The notes beneath the pieces are model-generated. The model was not told the DNA's origin. It saw only the letters and a list, made by a program, of their open reading frames with translations, and did no database searches. A program made the position numbers and the translations under genes. This document shows, one piece after another, positions 1 through 12,904 of a stretch of 64,000 bases of DNA (the first letter of the stretch is position 1; each line of letters begins with the position of its first letter). The DNA lies in contig NC_134025.1 of the NCBI RefSeq assembly GCF_964204645.1, forward strand, positions 12,586,001 through 12,650,000, in the 5' to 3' direction. The stretch comes from Tubulanus polymorphus. Its lineage: Eukaryota; Animalia; Nemertea.

Positions 1-145
1 ACAAGGTGGTTGGCCCACGACTTCTCATGCTTCTGTGAATGAGACAGTGAAATGGCCCCAAAACGCATCTCCGGCGATTGAATTTCCCCAGACCCCCTGT
101 TCAGAAATAAGCCACACCACTGAAAAAACCCTTCCGACGGCACTG
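1..145. mobile_element. MITE fragment (same family as 25708-25981)
   Basis: Shares 'cacgacttctcatgcttctgtgaa...tcagaaataagcc...ccactgaaaaa..ccttc.gacggc.ctg' with 25820-25981. Confidence 0.55.
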
Positions 146-392
146 AAATAAAAGTGCCGCTGCAATGGGTCATCTGTAAAATCATTGTAGCGGGTACCTA
201 TATTATCTTTAATAGGACTTAATTGTATAAATAAACCTGAGTATTCATTTAATATATGTAAATCATGGCTAAATAAATAGCAGCCATATTTCAAACACAG
301 CTGTAGTTCTCTGATGTACCGATAAGCCATTTGCTTTATGATCACATTGATAATTTCATATTGCATTATAAGGGCTATTGAGGATGTCAAGT

Positions 393-3300
393 TTATTTCC
401 TTTTCCTTTTGTTCAATGTACACATGACTCCTCCTGCTGGCTTAAGAGTGGTTGCTTCGCGAAGACCACGTCCTTGTCCCGGGATCAACTCATATTCGTA
501 CGACTGCAAAAATCTTGCCAGCAAAGTCTTGCCTTCCATCTGAAATAAAAGATTCAAGAATACAGTTTTGGTTTTTATTAGTTCAGTCAGCCAATGTCAA
601 TCTCACGAATAAAATGAACCTACCCATGCAAAATGGCTTCCGATACATGACCTCATTCCAAGAGAGAAAGGCAGATAGCAGTACACATGGCTTAAAAAGA
701 AGCATGAACAAATATGACATTTATTTTGCTGAGGCCATGAACCACTAACAACAGACAAATATTAGCTGAACGAAAAAACATTGTTATAGAGTGTACTTAC
801 GTCTGACCTTCTGCAAATCTGTCGGGTTGAAACATGTCCGGATCAGTATAGTTACCAATATAACGGTGTGCAACAAAGAATGACATCTATAACAAGACGA
901 ACAATTTCATATATCAAAAAAATGAGTACATTGTATAAGCGTCTTTGTGTTATAGTAATAATAACAATAATAAGAGTTTCTTGTATAATAAATGAGTCGT
1001 CTTTCCATGGTGATCCCATGCTCAAAGCACAGTCTCCTCATGATTTACATTGATGGGGGAGACTGTTCCACAAGTATAATGGCATTTGAATTCAATCATG
1101 AAAAATTCCTCACCAGAACGCAAGAATTAGAAGGATATTTGATTCCATTAATCTCAGTTGCACTTGGTATATCGCGAAGAGTCCCTGGAGCAGTTGGGAA
1201 CAAACGTAAACTTTCCTTCCACACCTGATCGAGATACTCAAGTTTACCAATATCGCTATATTCTAGTTGTTGTTTGTCACCCAAAACTGCTTCAATCTCT
1301 TCAATGACTCTAGAAATATGTGTACATCATATAATAATGTTGAATAGACATAGAGCAGAATACAACTGTATTTACAGGTTTCCTGGGTCAGAGAAATATC
1401 TTTAGTGACATTAAAAACTAGGGAACCAGGGACACTTTACCCACTTAGAGAGTTGTCTGAAATGCTTGACAATCTGGTGAACATATTTACAGAAACCAAT
1501 GACCTTGAAACTCGTCATGATCACAGAATATGTCATGCTACTCCGCAATTGAGTGTGGTAACAATACATATGGATTCCAACACAAATGGAAATATAGTCA
1601 AAGCTTGTTATACTGCCACCGTAATATCGCCAAATTCACCTATCGCCAAAAATTTCCTTATGCACACTTCATTTGGTATCTCTGCGTATAAGTAAATAGC
1701 TTTCATTTTACCCTTCGCCATAATGCCAACCAAATCCTAGAACAATCATATTCAAACTCATTTGTTATACCACCAATGTTCTGTAATACGATACATGTGG
1801 TCGGCAGTATCACACATATAATTTTTTTCTGTTATCAAAATGAAATAAGTTAGACCTTTACCCTTCCTAAATTAAGATAAACTGATGTCTAATTCTGGAT
1901 TCTAATGTTGTAAGGGATTAGGAGGATCCTTAAATAAATTGCCCATGGGCAAAGTGCGGTTTACCTTGAAAGCTAGAGGTTGTTTGGAGTAAGGGCATTG
2001 CTTGAAAAATCTTTTGAATTTGTGACTTCAAAGTTTATATTGTATTTTATATTTCTTAAAGAATTTTTTTGAAGTCAAATAAGACCAAAGATAAAGATTT
2101 GTTTATGGTCTACATCCAAAATTTCATAGGGTACAGGTTGGCGCGGCAGGGAAATATTTTTCACAATATGCAAATAAAATTCTTATATATGACACATATC
2201 AGAGGGTAGCTGAATATTGAATCTTGGAAACGAAACCTCTTCCAATGTATGGCCGCGGAAGCTAAAACACCGGGGCATAGTATTAGATCATTTTAAATCC
2301 TGGAATTTACCACTACAATATTCAGACCTCGACCTATACCTATAGTTTGCTGCTTAGTATTTTCAGGTCACAAGAAATTACAATTTATTACAAGTTCTAT
2401 CAAACAGAAAACACAGCGCACATCTTCTGCTACAACGATTATTCAGCCTTATCATACCAAACGTACATGCGCCAAGCAGCGTTACAGCATCACCATATAG
2501 TAGTCTATATGAGCGTGTGTTTGTGTGTTTAGCACTCACGCGCACGTGGAGGCCTTGTGCAGTGAATGTTTGCTTCACTTCAATCTCAATCAACACAATT
2601 ACCGGGTATTAAAATGAAACAATACCTATGGCGATATGTGAAATAATTATATTCTCATCAGCAATGAACCGGAATTCCCCGTATATCCCAAAAACAACCA
2701 ATCACATTCGCTCGTAGAGACGAGGCCCCCTATTGAGGTCATTGCAATTTTATACGCAAGAGCTAAGAATTTTCCCATCAAAAACAGTTTTTCGTCAAAT
2801 TTTAACTAAGTTGACCATGTCATCGACGGAGGTTCGTCATGTCTTCAATCGCATCGATTATACGTCGTTTAACCCGAGAACCAATGAAAAAATGCTCACA
2901 TAAAAAAACTTACCGCTTTTTTACATGAATTGGCTCAATGCCAACCTCATACTGCTGACAAGGGTAAACCATAAAGGAACACCGACCAGGCACTTTTTTC
3001 AAATTGCATATCATACATACAGAACCTTAAGACTATTGATCAAAGCATCTTCAAAATGTTTTCCAAAAACAGTGGCCGTCCGTAAGCCATCTTGATTCCA
3101 GTCGAGCCAATTTTAGAGCTGTAGATGTGGCTAGGGTAGGTACAACCATAGACGAAATATCTAGACCATGCATCAAGGCGTATCAAAAACTTTAAAAAAA
3201 CGAGATTCTGTCTACAGTGGCCAACAGATGGACAGACGGCAGATGTCAAGTGAACGTCATAGCCCACTGGGACTTAAGTGGCCTAAAAAGTGGCTTCTAG

Positions 3301-6300
3301 AGGTGATTTGGGCATCTAAGACCTAGAAATTTTTCCCCTTACTACAAGTCAATGTGGGCTGCATATTTGCCATTCTAAGGTAAAAGGCAAATTCTGATAT
3401 ATTGCATATTGATTATTATCATCGCATATATTGCATGAGTAGTAAGGCTTATTTGCATTCTAAAGCTTGTCTGGGCACAATTCTATCACACAAGCTTCTA
3501 CAAAGTATAGTTTGTGAACTGTGACAGTGAAACCCTTCAAATCTTAATTTGACAAATTAGCCATTTTAAAATTTCAGCCAACCAATTTGAAGGCTATGAT
3601 ATCCAGTTTCAACAGAGTTCATCTTAGTACAGTAGAACCTACTTATCCAAGATCATTTGGTTCCTCAGTTGATCCCGTTAACCATCAATCCGGATTAAAT
3701 ATGTTTCAGATTTTCATTTAGGCGGCCCATTATAGATATAGGCCAATGGATCTGATCAAAATCCGAAACTGATCTGGGTGGATTAAGCAGATTTGACTGT
3801 ACCATAGTGAAACTGGTGTAGATGAGGTGCCGCAAAAACCAACATATCCCCAATATTTCTTTCAGGGGTAAATCTAGCTACCAGTAATAATTGAGTATTA
3901 TGATGGATTGTCTATTTTTCTTAAGGGCAAACCTGAATTGATAACTTTCAAAAGGCACCCAATCCTATACAGCAAGAGGGTTGTGACCAAGCACACATAT
4001 TGATGTTATAAATATTATTTACCGGTCTCTGATATCTGGATGATCTGCTAACATCAACAAAACAAATGAAACTGCATTGCTGGTAGTTTCCTGTCCTAAA
4101 ACGATATGTAGAAACATAGGGATTACTAGCCACACCTTATAGATTCAATACATCGTCTTTAAGGCAACCTACCCGCTATAAAAAAAGTGATGAAATCATC
4201 TATTAGGTCTTCCATTGTTAATGTGTCATCATTTCCTAAAATGATATATTTCAAGTTCAAAGGCTTTCAAAAGTTAAGAGGTAGAGTTGATTTCAAAAAA
4301 GATAGGCCAGAAATTATTGCTTACTGAATTGGTTCAGGATACTTGTTAAGATATCGTTAGGTACTTCTTCGTTTTCCATAATTTTCATACGCTTTTCAAA
4401 ACACATCTGTCCGAAATTACGCAGCAGTTTCAGCGAGTCTTTGGTCTTCTCAACTTCAGCCCAATTCCATGGTAGATACTGATTTTGGAAAATAAATGAT
4501 TAAAATCCGAATTGATATGAAGCTACTTCTTATTCAAACCAAATTAAAGATATGGAATGTAACATACCATGAAATAAGGGTTTTTCAAATTCTTAGTCAG
4601 GCTCATCAGGCACAGGTTAATAGCTGCTGGGAATTTGTTATTTGGGTCATCCAGACTATTTATGTCCATATCAAACGCTACCTACAATAAAGAACATCAT
4701 AGGAATATATATATATATATAAATATGTGTGTGTGCGTGTGCGTGTGCGTGTGAGCGTGCGGGCGTACGCGCGTATGTATGTATGTAAGTAAGGTAAGTA
4801 AGGTAGGTAAGTAAGTAAGGTAGGTAAGTAAGTAAGGTAGGTAAGTAAGTAAGGTAGGTAAGTAAGTAAGGTAGGTAAGTAAGTAAGGTAGGTAAGTAAG
4901 TAAGGTAGGTAAGTAAGTAAGGTAGGTAAGTAAGTAAGGTAGGTAAGTAAGTAAGGTAGGTAAGTAAGTAAGGTAGGTAAGTAAGTAAGTAAGGTAAGTA
5001 AGTAAGTAAGGTAAGTAAGTAAGTAAGGTAGGTAAGTAAGTAAGTAAGGTAGGTAAGTAAGTAAGTAAGGTAGGTAGGTAAGTAAGTAAGTAAGTAAGTA
5101 AGGTAGGTAAGTGAGTGAGTGAGTGAGTGAGTGAGTGAGTGAGTGAGTGAGTGAGTGAGTGAGTGAGTAAGTAAGTATATATATACTTATGGCCAAATCC
5201 AAAAAGAGCTCTGTACTTTGTAGGTATTCATCCATAGAACATTCATACCAAATTTGGAATTGATCTGATTTAAACTGTAGGACTAGTAGCAATTTGAAGA
5301 AATAGAAACTCCAACCCCGGGGCGCCCATTGGGGGACGAATCCAAACTAGGGGTTCAGGGACACCATGCCCACTTGGGAAGTGGTTTCAAATGCTCAACA
5401 ATCAATTTAAATATTCAACACCCCCTGGTGACCATATACAAAAATAAATGACCTTGGAACTCACCAAAATAATAGGCCATATCAGCAGCTACGATTTTGT
5501 AATTGATTGTGATAACAAAATATGCCTGGGTACCTATATAATAAGGAAATACTAAGTTATTCTACTATTCAACGCCCCCTGGTGAACATATATAATAACT
5601 AATGACCTTGAAACTCACCACAATCATAGACCATGTCATGAGCTACAACTTTGTAAGTGGTTGTGGTAACAAAATATGCATAGGTACGAACATAATATAG
5701 AAATACTAAGTCATTGTATTATTCAACACCCCCTGGTGGCTATATACAAATACAAATGATCTTGAAACTCACCACAATCATAGACCATGTTATGAGCTAC
5801 AACTTTCCAATTGATTGTGATAACAAAATATGCTTAGGTATTAATATGTGGAAAAACTTTTTTCCATCTACGAATGAGTACTGTTGACACCAAGGTGGCC
5901 GCCAATTGCGTGATAATTGGCTGATCAAAAATCCCTGTCTCAGTATTAAGGGATTCCTTTCCAAAGAATACCCATCACAAATTGCAATGAAAAATGGCAA
6001 ACCAGTAAGAAGCTACAGGACTCAGAATTTGACCCAAAATTGACATTTTTGGGCACAAAAAAGGTCATGTTTTTCTTATGCTGATGGGCCCTTGGGGGAT
6101 TCGAATATAGACGAAAGATCAAGATAATTGAGCAAGGTGTCTTCAAATTTCCCTCAAAAACTTCAAAAATGTGTAAAAAGTGCTGATTTAGGGGCTAAAA
6201 CCAGCGAATCTATGAAGCTTAATATTTCACAGATATGACAGAAAGTAACTTTTATACTTAACTTTAAATGAAAAATAAGAAATGAATTTGTATGTTTGTC

Positions 6301-9300
6301 AACTTTCGAATACCGGATAGGTTAATGGCAAATATTGATTACATTGTCATTAGCTAGAAAGTCCAAATCCATCTATGTTCATCATTTCTGGCTAAAATGG
6401 AATATCAAATACTGATCATCGCTCAGGGAACAACATATTTGATAGAACATATCATTGGTAGCTTAAGTGACTTAGTCACCGAAGCTAAAAATATGTCTGA
6501 TATGATTCAGATCCCAAGTCTGCCACCTTGATGATTTTAATGTAGCCCTTGAACTGACTTCCCAACTAGAATTTAATGTTATTCCAGGTTACCTGGCAAT
6601 TCCCATACCAGTACTAGCAACAGCCGGTTACCACAAAATCCTGAATTTCATTTAATGCAAGTTTCCCAGTTTATGACACCAGACCCTGACCACAAGTCAG
6701 ACAAAATTTACCTTTCCAATCACATCTAATGTCACTCTTCCTATTATGTCTGCCATGCAAACTCCTGTATGTCCATCAGCGAAGAGTTCTAACTTATCCA
6801 AAAATTTGTTTGCTCCTTCATTGAAATAGTTCATGATGTTCATTAGCGACCTAAAGGCAATAACATAATACTTAAGATTCATCTGGGCTAAAAGAATATT
6901 TGTACCTGTGAAAAATTAAGTGCACTCAGTGCTTCATCTAGCATTAAAAAAGGGCAGGGTGCTGATTTCAAATAAGGGCATTTTTGTGCGTGATTCCATC
7001 GGAGCAAGGGCACATACCGGTAATAACGCGCTCATGTCTGTTTTAGGGGCAAACTGCAATGTTCCCTATTGCATAGAATCGAGGTACCCCCTACTACGAT
7101 TGAGGACTAGAAACTATGTTTAAATCTGATTATGCCATGAGTGACACACTTGACCACAGTACATCCTTACACCTATGCCTGTCAATGAACAAAAGTTAAT
7201 CTAGATAGGGCTTTCAAAATGATTTGGAAAACCAGTTGCAGACAAAAAAATTGCAGAAAAAAGCAATCTCAAGTAGCAAATACAGCGAAAAAGAGCCAGC
7301 AATAGTGTATAGGCCTATATGAAATTGCATATTTTTAATCTTAGAAATATCAAATTAATTGATTTAAATTGATAGTGTTAGTGATTGGCAAGTAACTGTT
7401 GATAATTGGTAAGCAGTCAGCTTAAGAACACATTATTGCTATTAGGCTACTCAAACTAATTGTCTGTGCGAGTCTCTCTGTGAGTTCACCGAACAAAGTT
7501 TTTCACCTTGTATATAAAAAATTTGTCTAATAGTCTAGATAAAAAGATCCAGAGCATCACGATGTGTTCAAAACGAAACAATCCATCGAATATACACTAC
7601 CAGCTTTACAACAGCAGTCGCTAGAATGATTGGCAGTAGTTTGGAAGTCAGCCAATTTCCTGGAAACTTAAACTAGGCCACGCGTCTGAGGCACGTTTTC
7701 ACACAATGCACACTGACTGCAGAACATTTGAATATAACCACTGATCACATGAGCTACTATCGTTGATATCATACGAGATATTTCATAGCCGTTGCAGGAA
7801 ACTTACTAACAGTCGGACGCGTCGGCTTATTTTGAAAGATCCGACTCATTACTCGTGACTGACAAGGGCAGGATGGCGGACCTACGGCAAGTGATGAAGC
7901 CACAAGGGCGAGCATGGGACACATCTGAAGGGCACAAGGGCGGCTATTTTCAGGGGCGGGGCGGACCGCCCTTCTATTTTTGGCTAGATGAAGCACTGGC
8001 ACTGAATCATCAATGTCTGGATTTAAACAAAAGCCGTAATTAACTGATCTGGATATAAAGCAAGGGGTCATTCATTTATTACGTACGCATTAGGGGAGGG
8101 GGGAGGGGTCAATGCAATTGCGTACCGTAATGCTGAATGTATATGAAAAATGGCCGATTTTGCGTACAAAGGGGTAGGGGAGGTTGAAAAAGTCAAATTT
8201 TATGCTTTCGTAATAAATGAATGATCCCCAAGTACATAATTCTTTGTAAGCTGGTATCATTTCGATATCATACTTTTGTGGAGCCCATACAACTTATGTT
8301 ACAATAAATGAATTAAATGATAAAACGTTTATTAAAACATATAAGAAATATTTCGGGTGGTTACTACCACCCTTCTTCAGTCTAAAATGACTTGCCAAAT
8401 GCACACACAGTATTAATACATGAAATATGAAATAAGACACGAATCGCTGCACATTACGTTATGGGGACTAGAGCACTAACATAACCTGAAAGAAGTTTAT
8501 TATGGGGGCTGAACCCATTTTTGAGGTTGACAGAACGATCGGAATGAGTAGTAATCAAAGCAGATTCAACTGTATGTCGTTTAGTGCGACTTCTGTTGGG
8601 AAAAATAATATTGGCTCCAGAACAATCAAAATTGTGTCCCGTAACCAAAGAATGAGAGACTACCCCACTTTCTAATTTAACCCCATTGAATACATCTCGT
8701 TTATGTTCTTTAATACGTTCCTTAATATTCCTACCAGTTTCCCCGATGTAAAAAAGGTTACAATCAGAACAGTTAATTTTATAAACTCCACAATGGATAT
8801 TAGGGTTCAGATTGTTATTGGAGCAAAAATTAGAAATTTTGTTATTTTACTTGAAAATTAAATCAGTATTTAAATGACGAAGAGCCGGTTTGAATTTGTC
8901 AAGGCAAGGGACAAAAGGAACTATAATTTTGTTTTTTGGTTTAGACGAGTCAATAGGATTACGGGGTTGAGCAGGAGAGAAAAATACTTTTTTGGCTTTG
9001 TGAAGGGCTTTCACTAAAATCTTGTCCGGGTATGCAAGTTTTTTAAAACTGGATTGAATATGTAAAATTTCATGATCTAAAAAGTTTTTATCACAAATCC
9101 TATAAGCCCGAAAGAAAAAACCTTGAACAACGGCCACTTTAAGGTAAGTTGGAGTGAACGAGAAGAAATGTAGGTAGGATTCACAGTTAGTAGGTTTACG
9201 AAAAACAGAGAAACCTAATCTCGAATTAGAATTATGTATGAGAACATCCAGAAAGGGCATTTTCCCGTCAACTTCCCACTCAAAGGTGAACTTCAAGGAA

Positions 9301-12300
9301 GGATAAAGGGAATTAAGATATGTCAAGAAAGATTTAAGTTTAAAATCAGTTGATACTAAACATAAAATGTCATCATCTTATTTCTTAGTTCATGTATTAA
9401 TACTGTGCGTGTATTTGGCAAGTCATTTTAGACTGAAGAAGGGTGGTAGTAACCACCCGAAATATTTCTACTATGTTTTAATAAACATTTCATCATTTAA
9501 TTCATTTATTGTGGGATTTTACTCGTATCGTCTTATCACCGATATTGTGATCTGCAATTGATTCACAACTTATATTAGTTTGTATGAAAATATCTTTAGT
9601 GGTCAATTAATCAGTCAAGAGGTCAGGTTTTGTGTTTGATTATTTACTTTTTGTGAAATGCTGGATCGAAAACTTTTCTCCTCTTTTTCCATGATTCGTG
9701 ATCCGTATTGGTAACAATTCCATTTCCTAGGAGTCTGTATGAATAAGAAATAATAATTATGATATTCATTGTGTGTATCACACATCTAGGCCTATTATAT
9801 ATCACTATCATGTTTTTAACACCATATTCATTTTGAAGAATTCAATCTTATAAATAGAACCTTAGGAATTGTACCATTGAAAAATTCAAAATTATGCATT
9901 ATCAAAAATTCATAAAGACATAAAGGTTAGATAAAGTTTAGATATCACCAAATCTTATTCAAGCACTTGATTGCCAGTAATAAAATCAATTTTTTAAAAC
10001 TACGGCTCTATTGTCAAAGTTAAAGATATGATCACCTCATGCCATAAACTTTACTTGTACGTTCATAGCCAGACTTCGATTTTGGGTACTTGCTGTGAGT
10101 TAACAGCTCCTACAATATGAAATATGCATAGCTACCAATATGAAAGAAATACATGAATTATGTTAATTTTTGGCAATTGAGAATTAAGAAACAATAAGCA
10201 GCCTGTTGGCTGATGCAGCTCCGCAGTTTTACGATGAGATTTTACAAGGACCACCTGCACAGCACGTCCTTGTGTTCAAATCCGGAAAATGGCTGTCTTG
10301 AGTACATTCCTTCAAGAAAATGATTAAAGATATTTTTCGTGGCCGAGTAGGGGGGTCACGACCACTGAACCCCCTCTCGATCCACGCCTGGCCTACTCTT
10401 AATTTTCAAGATTGTTAGAATAGGTGCTTGCTGTAAGTGTCACGCACTTTTTAAGAGATGCCCCGTAGCGTCATGCACAACTGCATGATGATTCATCATG
10501 AATATACATGGTAGTGGGTTTCCCCAATAACTCGGGCACTCTCCACGTGCATGGTGTGGACCTGGATGTTGAATGATTTCACTTATTATGTAGGCTGTGT
10601 GAAGTTTGTTAGACAATCTATTTTTTAAAACTGAACATTTTCCAAGATTCACTGCTCCCTTTCCCAAATTCATCATCTTTCTATAGAATTCACTGCTTTT
10701 CACAGCTCGCGATGAACCCTGGCAGTGGAATCATTTAGTTTCCAAGGAAACTTTAACTAGGCCACACGCGAGGCGCGCTTTTCATATACATGCACAGGTC
10801 AATACACCACCACATAGCAGTGAGTATATGTACCGCGCACGTGTGTGAAGCATGAATATTTGTGACAGTGCATGTGATCTTCCAAAACGAAATGTAGTTC
10901 CAACAACAAATGAATAACTAAATTAATATTTAGCAATGCATTCCGATGAAATTCAATAGGGTAAGAAATTTTATTACTGCATTAGAATGTTTTGAAAGTT
11001 CTGAAGAGAAACTAATACTAAGCTTCGTTTGGAAATTATTTTGTACCAAAGGAAGAAAGTTTCATATGCGATAGCAAAATTGACTTCGCTAAAGCGAAAG
11101 TCCATAAAAAGCACTGATAGCGTCTAATGGTAGGCCTAAGTAACTAATTATGGGCTGGCTGTTATACAAATCTTTATATTATGGTATATTTACCTTTATA
11201 ACCACAGGATCTCCACTTATGATGATTACTCTGTGCAGGATGAAGATACAAAATGTGGGACCAAGTGTTTCTGCCCTAAAAGGAATGAAAAATTTATTCA
11301 GCGCGTGACTACGGGTATGGAAATCTTTGGTATATTGTGGGAACATTCAATTTGCCTACATGCCTACATTTTAGTAATGCAAGAAGCTAAACATCATCAA
11401 AAATCTTACCATTGCAGCCACTTGTAACCTCTGTATACTCCAGTTTTCCCTTCTTCTCCAAACAATTCAATGGCGTGACCCCAGAAAAAACTACAAATCA
11501 TGAAAGAAAAAGAGATTAGAAACTTTTAAATTTCTGTGACTTTGACCACCAGAAATCCAATTTCACCAAACTGATTGTGAAAAATAAACTATCATTGCAC
11601 ACCTCAGATAATCAGTTTTCTTGTTAGGCCTATTATGTTTATTCAATTCGATCAGTGTATGATGCTAAAAAAATGCTAAATTTGCAAAAACTACTCAATT
11701 TTTCACTTTTAAACTAGGCATTGCAACACTACTGTATGTAGTTCATTGGCAACAAGACAACTAAAGCAACGCATATCTCATCACTAAACAACGCATCATG
11801 TATCTTAAATTCTAACTAAAATCAATTATATTGTTGAAATGAAGTAAGGCCTAATGAAAAAACATGAAATGTCAGTGTAGATAGTTTATCCATCAGAACC
11901 ATTGATTATTTTCCAAGCCGAGATATTGCAGTTTTTAACTTTAGACACATAAAGCCGACCATATTTTGGTTCGTCAACCGTACAGTGAATTTGAATGCAC
12001 AGGTCTGGGTGGTTTAAGCATGAGTCTTGCGTAGGAATGAACGACCCTTGAATATGGGCTTTGATACTGCAAAAATAATTGATAATCCACTAGTTATTCT
12101 TATTCTTATACTTATACCATCTATCTATTAAATTACCCAAGATCCAAAAATAAATGTACCCATGATTCAAGACTTGCCGCTAGTCTTGTTGTATAAAGGT
12201 AGGAAACAATCCTATCTCCGTAATGCTTAGTTTACACCAGCTAAACTCAGGACAGCTGACATCACGTCAATCCCGAAGATACATTCAGGCATTTCCAACA

Positions 12301-12842
12301 GACAGTGACACGTAATTTCCACTCATTTATCAATTTTACAGTGAGATATTTTTCTGAAACCATGCTTACACAGTTTTAATGCTGCCTAATAATCATCAAG
12401 GTAGCAGGTCAACTCGTATCCAGGTAAACTTTTAACCTATTGCGGACAACTTGTCCTGCATTTTGACAAGCTTTTCACTTCCTCCAATTTTTACAGTTAC
12501 ATTTTTGAATCAAGGCTACAATTCCCGTTCAACATCAAATTGTGACAAGCCCCTGTGATGAATTTTCCTGCATTTACGCATGCACTAACCAGACTCCCAT
12601 AACCCAAAGCGCAGCAATTTTACTCGGTTTACGCACTCCCTTAAACTGTTAACCATGTTAACTGTTGCCAGGGCAATAGCCTTACTTCGGAGCATTTTTG
12701 GAACTCACTGTTTCGGTTTTGTGTGTGGAAAATGTCTATACTTCACATTTCTCACATAGTATATATACAGCGAATACAACCCAATAAAAGCAGCCAGCAA
12801 GAGAAAAAGTACTAGAATTGCATTGATAAATGGAAACAACAT
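393..12842 (-). CDS. CYP46A1: Cytochrome P450, CYP46A1 (cholesterol 24-hydroxylase)-like; 14 coding exons, 498 aa, apparently intact
   Basis: Exons read by hand on the minus strand: 12709-12842 (MLFPFINAILVLFLLL, TM anchor), 11410-11490 (FFWGH), 11194-11275, 10036-10109, 9648-9734 (LLGNGIVT..WKKRR..PAF), 6712-6850, 4568-4681, 4325-4478, 4173-4235 (DDFITFFIAG), 4023-4095 (QETT, I-helix), 1114-1309 (KESLR, ExxR), 801-886 (PDRF), 624-690 (FSLGMRSCIG, heme Cys), 393-539. All introns are GT-AG, phases are compatible and the total is 1497 nt. The CYP46 family call rests on remembered motif similarity. Confidence 0.92.
1935..2970. repeat. Interspersed repeat in a CYP intron, with an inverted homolog at 57530-58380 and 60970-61140
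   Basis: Long reverse-complement matches, e.g. 'aaattgcccatgggcaaagtg.ggtttaccttgaaagctagagg' and 'ttaactaagttgaccatgtcatcgacggagg'. Confidence 0.7.
3630..3799. mobile_element. Tc1/mariner-type MITE
   Basis: TA|CAGTAGAACCT ... ATTTGACTG|TA: imperfect TIRs with TA flanks. Confidence 0.5.
4704..5184. repeat. Compound microsatellite (TA)n-(GT)n-(GTAA/GTAG/GTAAG)n-(GAGT)n
   Basis: Directly visible. It explains the spurious LTY-rich ORF 4678-5292. Confidence 0.95.
5410..5845. repeat. Tandem repeat, ~155-bp unit, about 3 copies
   Basis: 'attcaac.ccccctggtg..catata...aatgaccttg.aactcacca' recurs at ~5413, ~5567 and ~5721. Confidence 0.8.
8064..8229. mobile_element. PIF/Harbinger-like MITE
   Basis: TIRs ggggtcattcatttattacg / cgtaataaatgaatgatcccc; about 165 bp long. 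Confidence 0.6.
8344..8384 (-). ncRNA. Second (inverted) copy of the minimal hammerhead ribozyme
   Basis: Reverse complement reads tagaCTGAAGAagggtggtagtaaccacccGAAAtatttct. Confidence 0.55.
9429..9470 (+). ncRNA. Minimal type I hammerhead ribozyme in the Penelope pLTR
   Basis: TAGA-CTGAAGA-a-GGGTGGT agta ACCACCC-GAAA-TATT-TCTA gives the core boxes, a perfect stem II, a palindromic short stem III and a short stem I. Confidence 0.65.
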
Positions 12843-12904
12843 GGTTCTATCCATAAAAGAATGAAGCAATTAAATTAGTGCGTATTCCACTTCCAATATC
12901 AACA

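Larger units (their letters stand above)
8300..9512 (-). mobile_element. 5'-truncated Penelope-like retroelement (RT thumb plus GIY-YIG remnant) with inverted pseudo-LTR copies
   Basis: ORF 8847-9326 reads 'LKFTFEWEVDGKMPFLDV...VFRKPT..YLHF.S', the PLE RT C-terminus. Downstream is 'VYKINCSDCNLFYIGETGR' (GIY-YIG, ~8730-8790). 8306-8423 and 9388-9508 are inverted copies of each other. Confidence 0.85.

Noticed and set aside
4678-5292. 204-aa ORF rich in LTY/LTHS
   Set aside because: It is the translation of a compound microsatellite.
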